A stretch of DNA of 64,000 bases, from assembly GCA_017542065.1 (NCBI GenBank), contig JAFXXX010000008.1, forward strand, positions 14,444-78,443. Reading direction: 5' to 3'. This DNA comes from Bacilli bacterium. GTDB taxonomy: Bacteria; Bacillota_I; Bacilli_A; RF39; UBA660. Made by a program: the position numbers and the translations under genes. The notes beneath the pieces were generated by a model that was given only the letters and a program-made list of their open reading frames with translations, searched no databases and was not told where the DNA came from. Positions 51,080-59,760 of this stretch are shown in pieces. Each line of letters opens with the position of its first letter. Positions within the stretch are counted from its first letter, which is position 1.

Positions 51080-51904
51080 TTATTGTTTATTCCTTGCAGC
51101 TTCTATTCTTTCAAAGACTTTTTTCATAGTTTTTGATACTTTTACATGATTATCTCTATTCATATTAGAAACATATCCAATACTTCCAAGTATTTTATAT
51201 AATTCCATATTTCCATCAGTACCTCTTTGACCATAAATAGTAAAAATATTATCTAATAAATTATGATCAAATGATGCTTTACATAATTTAAACATTGGAT
51301 CTTCTTTTCTGTATATAGTTCTTGAAAATTCATTAATAAATCTATAGAAAATACTATACTCACTATAACCATCAAAAAATGTTGCATTCTCTGGTCTAGC
51401 ATATTCAGTTACATTAGGAATATTTTCTCTCTTATAATATTTTCTATAAATCATAGCTCTAGCAGTATATTCACTAATAACCTGACCCATTAAATTTAAT
51501 CCTTTTATAGGACTATCTACACTTTCATCAAGTACAAAACACCATTCATAATCCTTTGTAAATCTTTCTATTTTTGTATCTTTGTATACTTTTAATTCTC
51601 TTTCTATTTCATTAGCAACTTTTGCAAGTTCACGAAATATAACTAGATCTAAATTAAAATTAACAAGCATATTTGAACAGCACCAATCAGTATTAACAGT
51701 TATTGTTGGAGTTCCTTTATCATATGTAGTTGCAGCATCTCCACCAAAATGATTATCTATTATAAAATCTACATCTGTTAATCTTGCCTCAATTTGTGGA
51801 ACAACATTTTTATCAAATAAACCTAATTCACTACCAAGTGTTATAAACTCTTTTTTCTTTTCTTTAAATTGTGCTTCAGTTATATCTACTGCCATATTAT
51901 TCAT
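51080..51904 (-). CDS. Hypothetical cytoplasmic protein (274 aa), no recognisable family
   Basis: Long ORF in the dominant orientation with typical codon usage. It has no TM segment, no HExxH and no P-loop. Confidence 0.5.
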   Translation of the reverse strand: MNNMAVDITEAQFKEKKKEFITLGSELGLFDKNVVPQIEARLTDVDFIIDNHFGGDAATTYDKGTPTITVNTDWCCSNMLVNFNLDLVIFRELAKVANEIERELKVYKDTKIERFTKDYEWCFVLDESVDSPIKGLNLMGQVISEYTARAMIYRKYYKRENIPNVTEYARPENATFFDGYSEYSIFYRFINEFSRTIYRKEDPMFKLCKASFDHNLLDNIFTIYGQRGTDGNMELYKILGSIGYVSNMNRDNHVKVSKTMKKVFERIEAARNKQ

Positions 51905-51958
51905 CTCACTTTGTTAAGTATTTATTAATATATATTATACACATATATATGTCAATTA

Positions 51959-52537
51959 TTATTCTTCAATAAATCCATCTTCAGGAATAGAAAGAGGATC
52001 TTTAGTCTTCTTTACATATCTATCTTCTTCTGAGAATATACATCCGCAATACTTTTGCATATATATTCCATACTCTTTAGCTTTTCTTTTACCAATATAG
52101 AAACCTCTTCTAAAATCTCTATATAAAAATTCTATACCATATTCTTTAGAAAGTTTTTCGCAGTACATCTTAATAAAATCATGTTTTTGATAGATACTAT
52201 ATAATAAGGTTGTACTAACAGCATCATATCCATTCTCTTTTGCATATTCAAATACTCTTCTTAAACGTACTGGATAGCAATAATTAACACATCTTGCCGA
52301 AATATTATCGCTTACTTGTTTACAAAACTCGTCAAGGCCATAGTTATCTTCTACTATTAAATTAAAATTCATAATATTAGATAACTCTTTTAAAGCATTT
52401 AATCTTGCTTCATATTCTTTATATGGATGTATATTTGGGTTAAACCAATATATATCTGGTTCTATACCTTCTTCTCTTAATGAATCAATACAATATATAG
52501 AACAAGGTCCGCAACATGCATGCATTAATAATTTCAT
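51959..52537 (-). CDS. queH: Epoxyqueuosine reductase QueH (DUF208 family)
   Basis: LLMHACCGPCSIY and a C-terminal YCGCIFSE Cys motif. The start was moved from TTG 52552 to ATG 52537 (AAGGTGA, 3 nt, ATG). Confidence 0.85.
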   Translation of the reverse strand: MKLLMHACCGPCSIYCIDSLREEGIEPDIYWFNPNIHPYKEYEARLNALKELSNIMNFNLIVEDNYGLDEFCKQVSDNISARCVNYCYPVRLRRVFEYAKENGYDAVSTTLLYSIYQKHDFIKMYCEKLSKEYGIEFLYRDFRRGFYIGKRKAKEYGIYMQKYCGCIFSEEDRYVKKTKDPLSIPEDGFIEE

Positions 52538-52696
52538 AAAATCACCTTGCAAATATTATAACATATTTACATCTTAATAATTCTTAATAATTTCTTTATT
52601 TCAAATTAATATTTGTTTTATATAATGAAATTGTAGTAAGGAGGATGATAGATTATTTTAAGATAGAAAAACAAAAAAATTATAACTGAAAATTAA

Positions 52697-52717
52697 TTAG
52701 AGTTTTCCCTACTCTAA
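52697..52717. repeat. 7-7-7 inverted repeat TTAGAGT-tttccct-ACTCTAA in the queH / response-regulator intergenic region
   Basis: Perfect 7-bp arms read directly from the sequence. Function unknown. Confidence 0.6.
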
Positions 52718-52762
52718 TATACTAATAAATTAATAAATACTAAACCCCTATTAAACTTTTAG

Positions 52763-52789
52763 AAAAACCAAGAAATTGGTTTTTTCTTT
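52763..52789 (+). terminator. Terminator-like hairpin just upstream of the response-regulator promoter
   Basis: AAAAACCAA-GAAA-TTGGTTTTT followed by TCTTT. A T-run also follows it on the opposite strand. Confidence 0.5.
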
Positions 52790-52794
52790 ATATG

Positions 52795-52803
52795 TGATAT
52801 AAT
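52795..52803 (+). promoter_or_regulatory. Extended -10 promoter (TGATATAAT) for the RR-HK operon
   Basis: tatgTGaTATAATtattAAGGAGtgtaattATG. A possible -35 TTGGTT lies 16 nt upstream, inside the hairpin arm. Confidence 0.55.
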
Positions 52804-52820
52804 TATTAAGGAGTGTAATT

Positions 52821-53504
52821 ATGGAAAAGATATTAATAGTTGATGACAATATAGATATTGCTGAACTAGAAAGTTATATATTAAAAGAAGAAGGATTTGA
52901 GACAGTTATTACTCATTCTGGTGAAGAAGCATTAGAAGAAATAAATAAAAATAAATATGATCTTATACTTATGGATATAATGATGGATGGAATATCTGGA
53001 ATAGAATTATGTGCTAAGGTTAGAGATAAAGTTAACTGCTCTATTATATTTGTAACTGCTAAAGCTAATTTAGTAGATAAAATGGTTGGTTTTGAAATAG
53101 GAGCAGATGATTATATAACTAAACCTTTTGAAAGTGCAGAATTAGTTTCAAGAGTAAAAGCTCATTTAAGAAAAGATAAAAGAAATCAAAATATCTCTAA
53201 AGGAAATATTATTACAATCGGAGATATTAAAATTAATAAAGAAAATTATGAAGTATATAAGAATGATAAAAGAATTAAATTGTCTACTAAAGAATTTGAA
53301 ATACTTGTTTATCTTATGGAAAATGCTGGTATAGTTTTATCTAAAGAACAAATATATGAAAATGTATGGAAAAGTTCTTTTGGTGATATTGGATCAGTAG
53401 CAGTTCATATTAAGAATCTTAGAGATAAAATCGATAAGGAGGAAAAGTATATTATAACTGTTTGGGGATTCGGTTATAAGTTTACTAAAGATGTAAATGA
53501 GTAA
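52821..53504 (+). CDS. OmpR-family response regulator
   Basis: ILIVDDN, ILMDIMMDGISG, KPF, and a C-terminal winged helix (LSTKEFEILVYLMEN...TVWGFGYKF). Confidence 0.9.
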   Translation: MEKILIVDDNIDIAELESYILKEEGFETVITHSGEEALEEINKNKYDLILMDIMMDGISGIELCAKVRDKVNCSIIFVTAKANLVDKMVGFEIGADDYITKPFESAELVSRVKAHLRKDKRNQNISKGNIITIGDIKINKENYEVYKNDKRIKLSTKEFEILVYLMENAGIVLSKEQIYENVWKSSFGDIGSVAVHIKNLRDKIDKEEKYIITVWGFGYKFTKDVNE

Positions 53505-54804
53505 TATTAATACTAAAAAAAGTTTTTTAATTTTCTTTATTATAGTTTTAATTACAAACTTTTTATTTCTTGGAATATGGTTTAAGTTTGGTGTACAGTC
53601 CTCTATTAAAGAAGGATATAGTTCTTTAGAAAAAGAAATAAAAGAAGATATTTTATCTAATATAGAAAAGTCTATAATTGGTGATAAAGTAGATGTTATG
53701 GATCTATTTGGAAATATAGCAAAGAAGTATAACCTATTATTAATAGTTAAAGATACAAATAATAATATAATATTTAATAATACTAAGGATACTAGTGATG
53801 TTGAATATTTAATGCCATTTATAGTAACTATTAATGATGAGCAATATTTACTTAGTGTTGGTAAAATAAATGAATTTAATGTTGTATCTATAACTAAGAA
53901 GTTTATGATATTTGAAATAATATTTACATTAGTAATATTAATGCTTGCATTAATTGTATCTAACGAAATATTACTTAAACCTATTGAAGACACTATTAAT
54001 GATATAAAGAATTATAAGTTTGGTATTAAACCAAAGAAAAGAAAAGTTCTAACAGAAATTGGATATATTCAAAATGAGTTCGTAGATTTAACAGAGAACC
54101 TAGAAAAAGAACATGAAGAACAAAATAGAATTATATCTGCTATATCACATGATATTAAAACTCCTTTAACATCAATACTTGGATATAGTGAAATATTATC
54201 TAATAAGAAGTTAACAGTTAATGAAAGAAAACAATTAGAAGAAAAAATATTTATTAAGGCCCAAGATATGAAAGCAATAGTATCCGACTTTGATGATTAT
54301 TTATTATCTAATAAAGATAGAACATATAACTTTACTGAAATAAATATTAGAGATTATTTAAATAGATTAAAATTAGAATATAAAGATGATTTAAAAGATA
54401 AAAAAATAAGATTTGAAATATTTGATAGATCTAGAGTAAGAACTATGAAAATAGATATTGGTAAAATGAACAGAGTTTTTGCTAACCTAGTTTCTAATAG
54501 TATTAGACATATGGATAAGAATGGTAAAATAACTATTACTTGTAAAAGTGATAAAGAATATATTTACTTTGAATTTAAAGATAATGGTTCTGGTGTATCA
54601 GATGAAAACATAAGTAAAATATTTGATCCATTATTTACTACTAATAAAGCAAGAAAGATAAATGGTCTTGGTTTATCTATATGTAAAGAGATAGTTGAAA
54701 TGCACGGTGGAAAAATATATGCAGTGTCAAAAGATATAGAAAAGAAACCTGGGGAAAAAGACGGATTAACCATTAATTTTTCAATAAAACAAAATATAAA
54801 TTAA
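53497..54804 (+). CDS. Sensor histidine kinase (2 TM, HisKA and HATPase_c)
   Basis: H-box ISHDIKTPLTSILGY, N-box LVSNSIRH, G1 DNGSGV and G2 GLGLSICKEIV. It overlaps the RR gene by 8 nt. Confidence 0.9.
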   Translation: MSNINTKKSFLIFFIIVLITNFLFLGIWFKFGVQSSIKEGYSSLEKEIKEDILSNIEKSIIGDKVDVMDLFGNIAKKYNLLLIVKDTNNNIIFNNTKDTSDVEYLMPFIVTINDEQYLLSVGKINEFNVVSITKKFMIFEIIFTLVILMLALIVSNEILLKPIEDTINDIKNYKFGIKPKKRKVLTEIGYIQNEFVDLTENLEKEHEEQNRIISAISHDIKTPLTSILGYSEILSNKKLTVNERKQLEEKIFIKAQDMKAIVSDFDDYLLSNKDRTYNFTEINIRDYLNRLKLEYKDDLKDKKIRFEIFDRSRVRTMKIDIGKMNRVFANLVSNSIRHMDKNGKITITCKSDKEYIYFEFKDNGSGVSDENISKIFDPLFTTNKARKINGLGLSICKEIVEMHGGKIYAVSKDIEKKPGEKDGLTINFSIKQNIN

Positions 54805-54857
54805 CTATTGACATTAAAAGTAAAAACAAGTATACTTAAGTAGTAACTTGTTTTGAT

Positions 54858-54931
54858 GCAGGTGTAGTTTAATGGTAGAACTTCAGCCCTCCAAGCTGAC
54901 TACGGGAGTTCGATTCTCCTCACCTGCTCCA
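54858..54931 (+). tRNA. tRNA-Gly (anticodon TCC), CCA encoded
   Basis: The hand-folded cloverleaf is GCAGGTG-TA-GTTT-AATGGTA-GAAC-T-TCAGC-CCTCCAA-GCTGA-CTAC-GGGAG-TTCGATT-CTCCT-CACCTGC-T-CCA. Confidence 0.95.
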
Positions 54932-54941
54932 TTAAAAAATT

Positions 54942-54967
54942 AAACTAGTCTATCGACTAGTTTTTTT
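54942..54967. terminator. Bidirectional terminator between tRNA-Gly (+) and the XRE-family gene (-)
   Basis: AAACTAGTC-TATC-GACTAGTTT with TTTTTTT downstream and an A-run upstream. Confidence 0.75.
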
Positions 54968-54989
54968 GTTGTTAAAAAGAGAAGACATA

Positions 54990-56465
54990 TTAGTCTTCTT
55001 TTTGTATTTTTAGTTCTTCTATTTGAAGTCTTAATTCATCATTTTCATCTTGTAATCTATTAATTTCATTTTCATATTCATTTATAATATTATTACGTTC
55101 TTCAATTTCTTTTTCTCTTTTTATTTCATTATTCTTAAGTAATTCTATATTAGCTTTATTAGCATATATTTTCATATATTCAATATTACTAGACATATCT
55201 GTTATTTTTTTATCACCTAATTTTTTAACGAATGCTCTAGCCATTTGCATTGGATTTTTACATTCAACATCTTGAGTAATAGCATTATCATCGTCGTTAT
55301 ATTCATAAATATCACAATATTTATTAATAGTATATTCTACTTTAACAGTATCAATATTAGATTCAATATATTCTACATCATAATAATGTGATTCAATAAC
55401 AGTATCAGCTGTTATATTATGTTCAAAAGTTTGAGTTTTTAATAAACTTTCATCCATTCCAGACACATCAAAACTTAATGAACCAAGGAATGTTAATCCA
55501 GCACCAATACCAAATACAACTACAGATAAGATAAATCCATAAATCATCATCTTCTTATTACTCTTTCTATTAAAGATAAAGTTAATAAGAGCAAGTAAAA
55601 TTATTAATCCAATTAGAGATAGGGATGTAATTGCAAGTAATAATCCTACAAAGAATAAACCTGTCTTTACAGTTAAGAATGATAATACTAAACCTACTAA
55701 TAGACATACTATTCCACAAATAACAAATAAAGCAAACCAAGATAAGAAGAATTTAATCATTATAATAAATACTTTATATAATCCTCTTAAAAATCTATAA
55801 TCACTATGTTTTGGATCTCTAATAATAATTTTATTATCTTTATTATCAAGTTTAATTTTATTATCATCAGTAGAACAGTTATCATCTTTATCATTTTCAC
55901 TGTCTTTTACTTCTTCATAATAATTTAAATATCTTGCTTTAAATACATGACCCATTATTACAAGAGAAGATATTAAACATGCAATTATTAGAATACCTTC
56001 TATTAACTGATTAATAAACATTTCTGCCTTAAATGGTAGAAATGAAGTTAGATTAGATATAAGCATAACTAAAGCTCCAATTACAGCAGCAGATATTGCA
56101 AATAGAATTAATGCTATTAATAATTGTTCAAATATACATTTAACTTTACTTTTAAAAGTCATTCTACTAAACATATTAATAGTATTAGTAATATTCTTTA
56201 AGAAACTATAAATAGAATTATTAAGTTTCTTTTTACTTTCTTCCTCTCCTTTTACTTCTTTAATATCATTATGTAATAAATCATCAATGTTAACATTAAA
56301 CTTATTACATAGTGCTATTATCTTATCCATTTCTGGATAAGCTTGTCCTGATTCCCATTTAGAAATAGCTTGTCTAGATACTCCTAATTGATCAGCAAGT
56401 TCTTCTTGTGATAGATTTTGTTCTTTTCTTATCTTCTTTAAATTTTCTGAAAATTGATTATTCAT
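54990..56465 (-). CDS. XRE-family HTH domain fused to a polytopic membrane region, an extracytoplasmic domain and a C-terminal coiled coil
   Basis: LKKIRKEQNLSQEELADQLGVSRQAISKWESGQAYP (Cro/C1 HTH), about 6 hydrophobic segments, and the C-terminal heptad-like NEYENEINRLQDENDELRLQIEELK. The start is set at ATG 56465 (GGAGAAAAAT-ATG). The track start 56555 lies in the 5' UTR. Confidence 0.8.
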   Translation of the reverse strand: MNNQFSENLKKIRKEQNLSQEELADQLGVSRQAISKWESGQAYPEMDKIIALCNKFNVNIDDLLHNDIKEVKGEEESKKKLNNSIYSFLKNITNTINMFSRMTFKSKVKCIFEQLLIALILFAISAAVIGALVMLISNLTSFLPFKAEMFINQLIEGILIIACLISSLVIMGHVFKARYLNYYEEVKDSENDKDDNCSTDDNKIKLDNKDNKIIIRDPKHSDYRFLRGLYKVFIIMIKFFLSWFALFVICGIVCLLVGLVLSFLTVKTGLFFVGLLLAITSLSLIGLIILLALINFIFNRKSNKKMMIYGFILSVVVFGIGAGLTFLGSLSFDVSGMDESLLKTQTFEHNITADTVIESHYYDVEYIESNIDTVKVEYTINKYCDIYEYNDDDNAITQDVECKNPMQMARAFVKKLGDKKITDMSSNIEYMKIYANKANIELLKNNEIKREKEIEERNNIINEYENEINRLQDENDELRLQIEELKIQKED

Positions 56466-56562
56466 ATTTTTCTCCTTTTCACTTACAATTTTATCTAATT
56501 CTACCGGTAGCGAACTACCAACTTTAGGTTGTTTTTTGTAAAATATTGGTTGCATTTTACTT

Positions 56563-56571
56563 ATTTTACCA
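56563..56571 (-). promoter_or_regulatory. Extended -10 promoter (TGGTAAAAT) for the XRE-family gene
   Basis: Minus strand AAATATGGTAAAAT. It leaves a ~90-nt 5' UTR containing a GGTAG-TTCG-CTACC hairpin. Confidence 0.4.
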
Positions 56572-56602
56572 TATTTTTAATGCTACTTTGTTATTTTTGC
56601 AT

Positions 56603-56628
56603 AAAAAAAGAATAGTTACCTATTCTTT
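56603..56628 (-). terminator. Rho-independent terminator after trxB
   Basis: Minus strand AAGAATAG-GTAA-CTATTCTT followed by TTTTT. It overlaps the stop codon. Confidence 0.7.
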
Positions 56629-57491
56629 TCTATATACTTAATTGCTTCTGTTGCAGCTATAGCCCCATCAGAGGCTGCAGTAACTAATTGTCTTAAATCT
56701 TTCTTACAACAATCACCTGCTGCAAATATACCATCTAAGTTTGTATGAGTATTATCGGCAATAATGTATCCTTTATCATCTACTTCTATGATTGAATCAA
56801 ATTCCTCATTAGATGAATCAAATCCAATTGAGATAAATAAACCATCTATTTTAATATTCTTAGTATCGCTAGAATTAGTTATATCTATACTCTCTATAGT
56901 ATCACTAGAATTAATCTTATCAACACTATAATTAGTTATTACTTCTATATTATCTTTTTCTACTTTATCTTCTAGATCTTTTCTAGAAATTAAATATACT
57001 TTAGAAGCTAAATTAGATAAATACTCTGCATCTTCAATAGCAGACTTTCCGCCACCTACTACAGCGACTACTTTATCTTTATAGAAATTACCATCACAAG
57101 ATGCACAGTAAGATATACCCTTACCTACTAATTCTTTTTCACCAGGTATATTTAGACTTCTTCTTTCTAATCCTGTAGCAATAATAATTGCTCTACATTC
57201 ATATTCATGTTTATCAGTTATTACTTTTTTATTAATACCATTTTGAATGCTAACAGCATCTTCAAATACTAGTTCTGCTCCTAGTGATGTTGCCTGTACA
57301 TATAAATTAGTAGCTAGATCTACTCCAGAAATATCTAAGAATCCAGGATAATTTTTTACATGTGGAGCGCTAATTATTCTTCCACCATAATTTTGTTTTT
57401 CTAATATTAAAACTTTTTTATTTGCTCTTGATGCATATATAGCAGATGTTAATCCTGCAATACCAGCACCTATAATTATAATATCGTACAT
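56616..57491 (-). CDS. trxB: Thioredoxin-disulfide reductase
   Basis: IIIIGAGIAGLTSAIYASRA (FAD), CASCDG redox CxxC, VVGGGKSAIEDA (NADPH) and GDC. Confidence 0.9.
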   Translation of the reverse strand: MYDIIIIGAGIAGLTSAIYASRANKKVLILEKQNYGGRIISAPHVKNYPGFLDISGVDLATNLYVQATSLGAELVFEDAVSIQNGINKKVITDKHEYECRAIIIATGLERRSLNIPGEKELVGKGISYCASCDGNFYKDKVVAVVGGGKSAIEDAEYLSNLASKVYLISRKDLEDKVEKDNIEVITNYSVDKINSSDTIESIDITNSSDTKNIKIDGLFISIGFDSSNEEFDSIIEVDDKGYIIADNTHTNLDGIFAAGDCCKKDLRQLVTAASDGAIAATEAIKYIEKNR

Positions 57492-57493
57492 AA

Positions 57494-57796
57494 TTAATCC
57501 TCAAATAAACTTTCTATTTCATTTATAGGAACTAATCCTACGCTTCTTTTTACTTCTTTACCATTTTCAAAAAGAATTAAACAAGGAATAGAATTAATAC
57601 CATATTCAATAGCTAAATCTCTATCATCATCTACATCAATAGCTACTATTTTTTTACCATCTTTAGCAACTTGATCTAATACAGGTTTAAGCATTTTACA
57701 TGGACCACACCAAGTAGCATTAAAGTCTACTAATACTTTTCCTTCACCATTTAATACTTCTTTTTCAAATATTTCTTTGTTACCTTCTATTACCAT
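57494..57796 (-). CDS. trxA: Thioredoxin
   Basis: WCGPCK active site. The start was moved from GTG 57805 (inside the SD GAGGTGA) to ATG 57796. Confidence 0.9.
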   Translation of the reverse strand: MVIEGNKEIFEKEVLNGEGKVLVDFNATWCGPCKMLKPVLDQVAKDGKKIVAIDVDDDRDLAIEYGINSIPCLILFENGKEVKRSVGLVPINEIESLFED

Positions 57797-57813
57797 AATA
57801 CTCACCTCTACCT

Positions 57814-58623
57814 TTATTTTAACATACTTATTATTTTTACTACTACAAATAATATAATATTTACAATTACTACAGTAGCTCCTGTTGGAGTACTAAATAT
57901 AAATGATACTATTAATCCTAGTATAAATGTTAATACTGAAATAATAACACTAGATATTACTACACTCTTAAATTTCTTAAATATTTGCATTGATATAAGA
58001 GCAGGAAATATTATTAAACTAGATATTAATAATGATCCCATTAATCTCATACCTACGACTACTACTAATGAACATAGTATTGCAAATACTGCATTATATA
58101 CATTAGTTTTAATACCTATTGATTTAGAGAATGTCTCATCAAATGTAATAGCAAATATCTTGTTATAAAATACTAGATATAAGAATAATACTATTACTGT
58201 AAGAATAATACTGACTATTACATCTACTATGTCTACTCCAAGAATAGATCCAAATAAATAGTTATTAATATCTATATTTACTCCCTTAGTAATAGATATT
58301 AAGAAAGTACCTATAGCAAGTGATGATGCACTAACAAGTGCTATCATAGAGTCTCCATGTATTTTATTACTACTATTAAGTCTAAGTATTAAGAATGATA
58401 CTACTATTACAATAGGAATAGAAAAATATAATGGAGCAACATGTAATATAGTAGCTAATGCAAATGTCATAAATGCCACATGTGATAGTCCATCACCTAT
58501 CATAGAGTTCTTTCTAAGAACAGTAGATACTCCAATTAAAGATGCACATAAAGAAATAAGTACACCTACAATTAAAGCTTTAATCATAAATGAATATGAA
58601 AACATTTCTATTATATTACTCAT
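57814..58623 (-). CDS. Metal (Zn/Mn-type) ABC transporter permease, ABC-3 family
   Basis: Eight or nine hydrophobic segments. The gene overlaps the ATPase gene by 8 nt. The operon begins with a Fur-family regulator gene. Confidence 0.8.
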   Translation of the reverse strand: MSNIIEMFSYSFMIKALIVGVLISLCASLIGVSTVLRKNSMIGDGLSHVAFMTFALATILHVAPLYFSIPIVIVVSFLILRLNSSNKIHGDSMIALVSASSLAIGTFLISITKGVNIDINNYLFGSILGVDIVDVIVSIILTVIVLFLYLVFYNKIFAITFDETFSKSIGIKTNVYNAVFAILCSLVVVVGMRLMGSLLISSLIIFPALISMQIFKKFKSVVISSVIISVLTFILGLIVSFIFSTPTGATVVIVNIILFVVVKIISMLK

Positions 58624-59287
58624 GGTGAACCCTCCTTACAAAGTCTTCTGTAGACTCTGAAATAACTGTTCCATCAGTAACAGATATTATTTTATTACCT
58701 ATTAAATTACCATGATCCAAATCATGAGTAATCATAATAATAGTTATATTATGCATTTTATTTAATTCTTGAATTATTTCATATAAATCTTTTTTAGATT
58801 CTCTATCTAAGTTATTAGATGGTTCATCTAATATAAGTAATTTTTCAGTTGAACAAAGTGATCTTGCTAATAATACTTTTTGTCTTTGTCCACCAGATAA
58901 CTCTCCAAAAGATTTATCTTTTAAATTACTAATACCTAGTAGCTTTAAATTATCTAATGCTAACTTTTTTTCTTTCTTGGTATAGAATAAAGTTTTATTA
59001 AGAGTTCCTGATAAAACTATTTCAAATACTGATGCTGGAAAGTTAGAATCAACTTTTGTTTCTTGAGGCATATAACCAATGAATTCTTGTTTTAATCCAT
59101 TAAAGTTAATAGAACCTGAAACAGGTTTAACTAATCCTAATAATGCTTTAATAAGTGTTGTTTTACCTGCTCCATTAGAACCTACTACAACAGCAAATTC
59201 ACCGTCTTCAATATTAAAGTTTACTTTATCTAAAACTATATGCCCTTCATAACCAATTTTTAAATCTTTAACTTCTATTAAACTCAT
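58616..59287 (-). CDS. Metal ABC transporter ATP-binding protein
   Basis: Walker A GSNGAGKTT, signature LSGGQRQ and Walker B LLILDEP. Confidence 0.85.
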   Translation of the reverse strand: MSLIEVKDLKIGYEGHIVLDKVNFNIEDGEFAVVVGSNGAGKTTLIKALLGLVKPVSGSINFNGLKQEFIGYMPQETKVDSNFPASVFEIVLSGTLNKTLFYTKKEKKLALDNLKLLGISNLKDKSFGELSGGQRQKVLLARSLCSTEKLLILDEPSNNLDRESKKDLYEIIQELNKMHNITIIMITHDLDHGNLIGNKIISVTDGTVISESTEDFVRRVHHE

Positions 59288-59670
59288 TATTTTACCCCTT
59301 TACTGCAAGTTTTACATTCACCATTAATGATGATATGTTCCTTACTAGTTACAAAGCCATGATCCTCTAAAATGTGTTTAGATAGCTTATCAGCATAATC
59401 ACAATCAACATGATAAAGCATTCCACATTTATTACATTTTAAATAAAAGTGATTACCACATTCACATTTACCAGTATAATGATATGTTGCTTCATTATCA
59501 TTACCTATTTTAGTAATACAACCATCTTTCTCTAGTTTATTAACTAGTCTATAAATAGTAGTTAATCCTACATCTGGTAACATATTATGAACTTCTTTAA
59601 TAGTAAAGTCTTTTTCTAGTTTAGAAATCTTTTCTAATATAATATCTTTTTGTTTAGTATTATATGTCAT
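59287..59670 (-). CDS. Fur-family metalloregulator (Zur/PerR-like), 127 aa
   Basis: N-terminal winged helix (TTIYRLVNKLEKDGCI). Structural Zn-site Cys pairs are CECG...CNKCG and CKTC. A TAATG overlap links it to the ATPase gene. Confidence 0.8.
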   Translation of the reverse strand: MTYNTKQKDIILEKISKLEKDFTIKEVHNMLPDVGLTTIYRLVNKLEKDGCITKIGNDNEATYHYTGKCECGNHFYLKCNKCGMLYHVDCDYADKLSKHILEDHGFVTSKEHIIINGECKTCSKGVK

Positions 59671-59684
59671 AATCTCACCCCAAT

Positions 59685-59701
59685 TTGAAAATCATTTTCA
59701 A
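59685..59701. promoter_or_regulatory. Perfect 8-1-8 palindrome TTGAAAAT-c-ATTTTCAA, a candidate Fur-family operator
   Basis: It lies between the -10 box and the SD of the regulator gene. It has the same 7-1-7 architecture as Fur/PerR boxes, with GAAAAT half-sites. Confidence 0.55.
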
Positions 59702-59705
59702 TTAT

Positions 59706-59733
59706 ATTATAACACTATAATATTTAAAAGCAA
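59706..59733 (-). promoter_or_regulatory. Promoter of the Fur-family/ABC/trx operon
   Basis: Minus strand TTGCTT (59733-59728), 16 nt, TATAAT (59711-59706) with a TGt extended -10. Confidence 0.55.
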
Positions 59734-59760
59734 TAAAAAAAGAATCTAACGATTCTTTTT
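59734..59760 (-). terminator. Rho-independent terminator after the 190-aa gene
   Basis: Minus strand AAGAATC-GTTA-GATTCTT followed by TTTTTTT. Confidence 0.7.

Noticed and set aside
52697-52745. preQ1-I riboswitch candidate beside queH: hairpin TAGAGT-TTTCCCT-ACTCTA followed by an A-rich tail ATATACTAATAAA.
   Set aside because: It lies on the strand opposite to queH. The loop is only 7 nt (about 11 in preQ1-I) and lacks the residues needed for the P2 pseudoknot. The queH leader itself is only ~15 nt long.
348-54773. Same-strand off-frame or antisense short ORFs: 348..557 and 2181..2420 (minus, inside the giant ORF), 24527..24724 (minus, inside the 777-aa gene), and 53394..53993 and 54564..54773 (minus, antisense to the RR/HK genes).
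   Set aside because: They overlap frames that encode recognisable domains (glycine-rich domains, the HExxH protein, HisKA/HATPase). They have no independent signals. 2181..2420 stays open only because the Gly-codon run suppresses stops.
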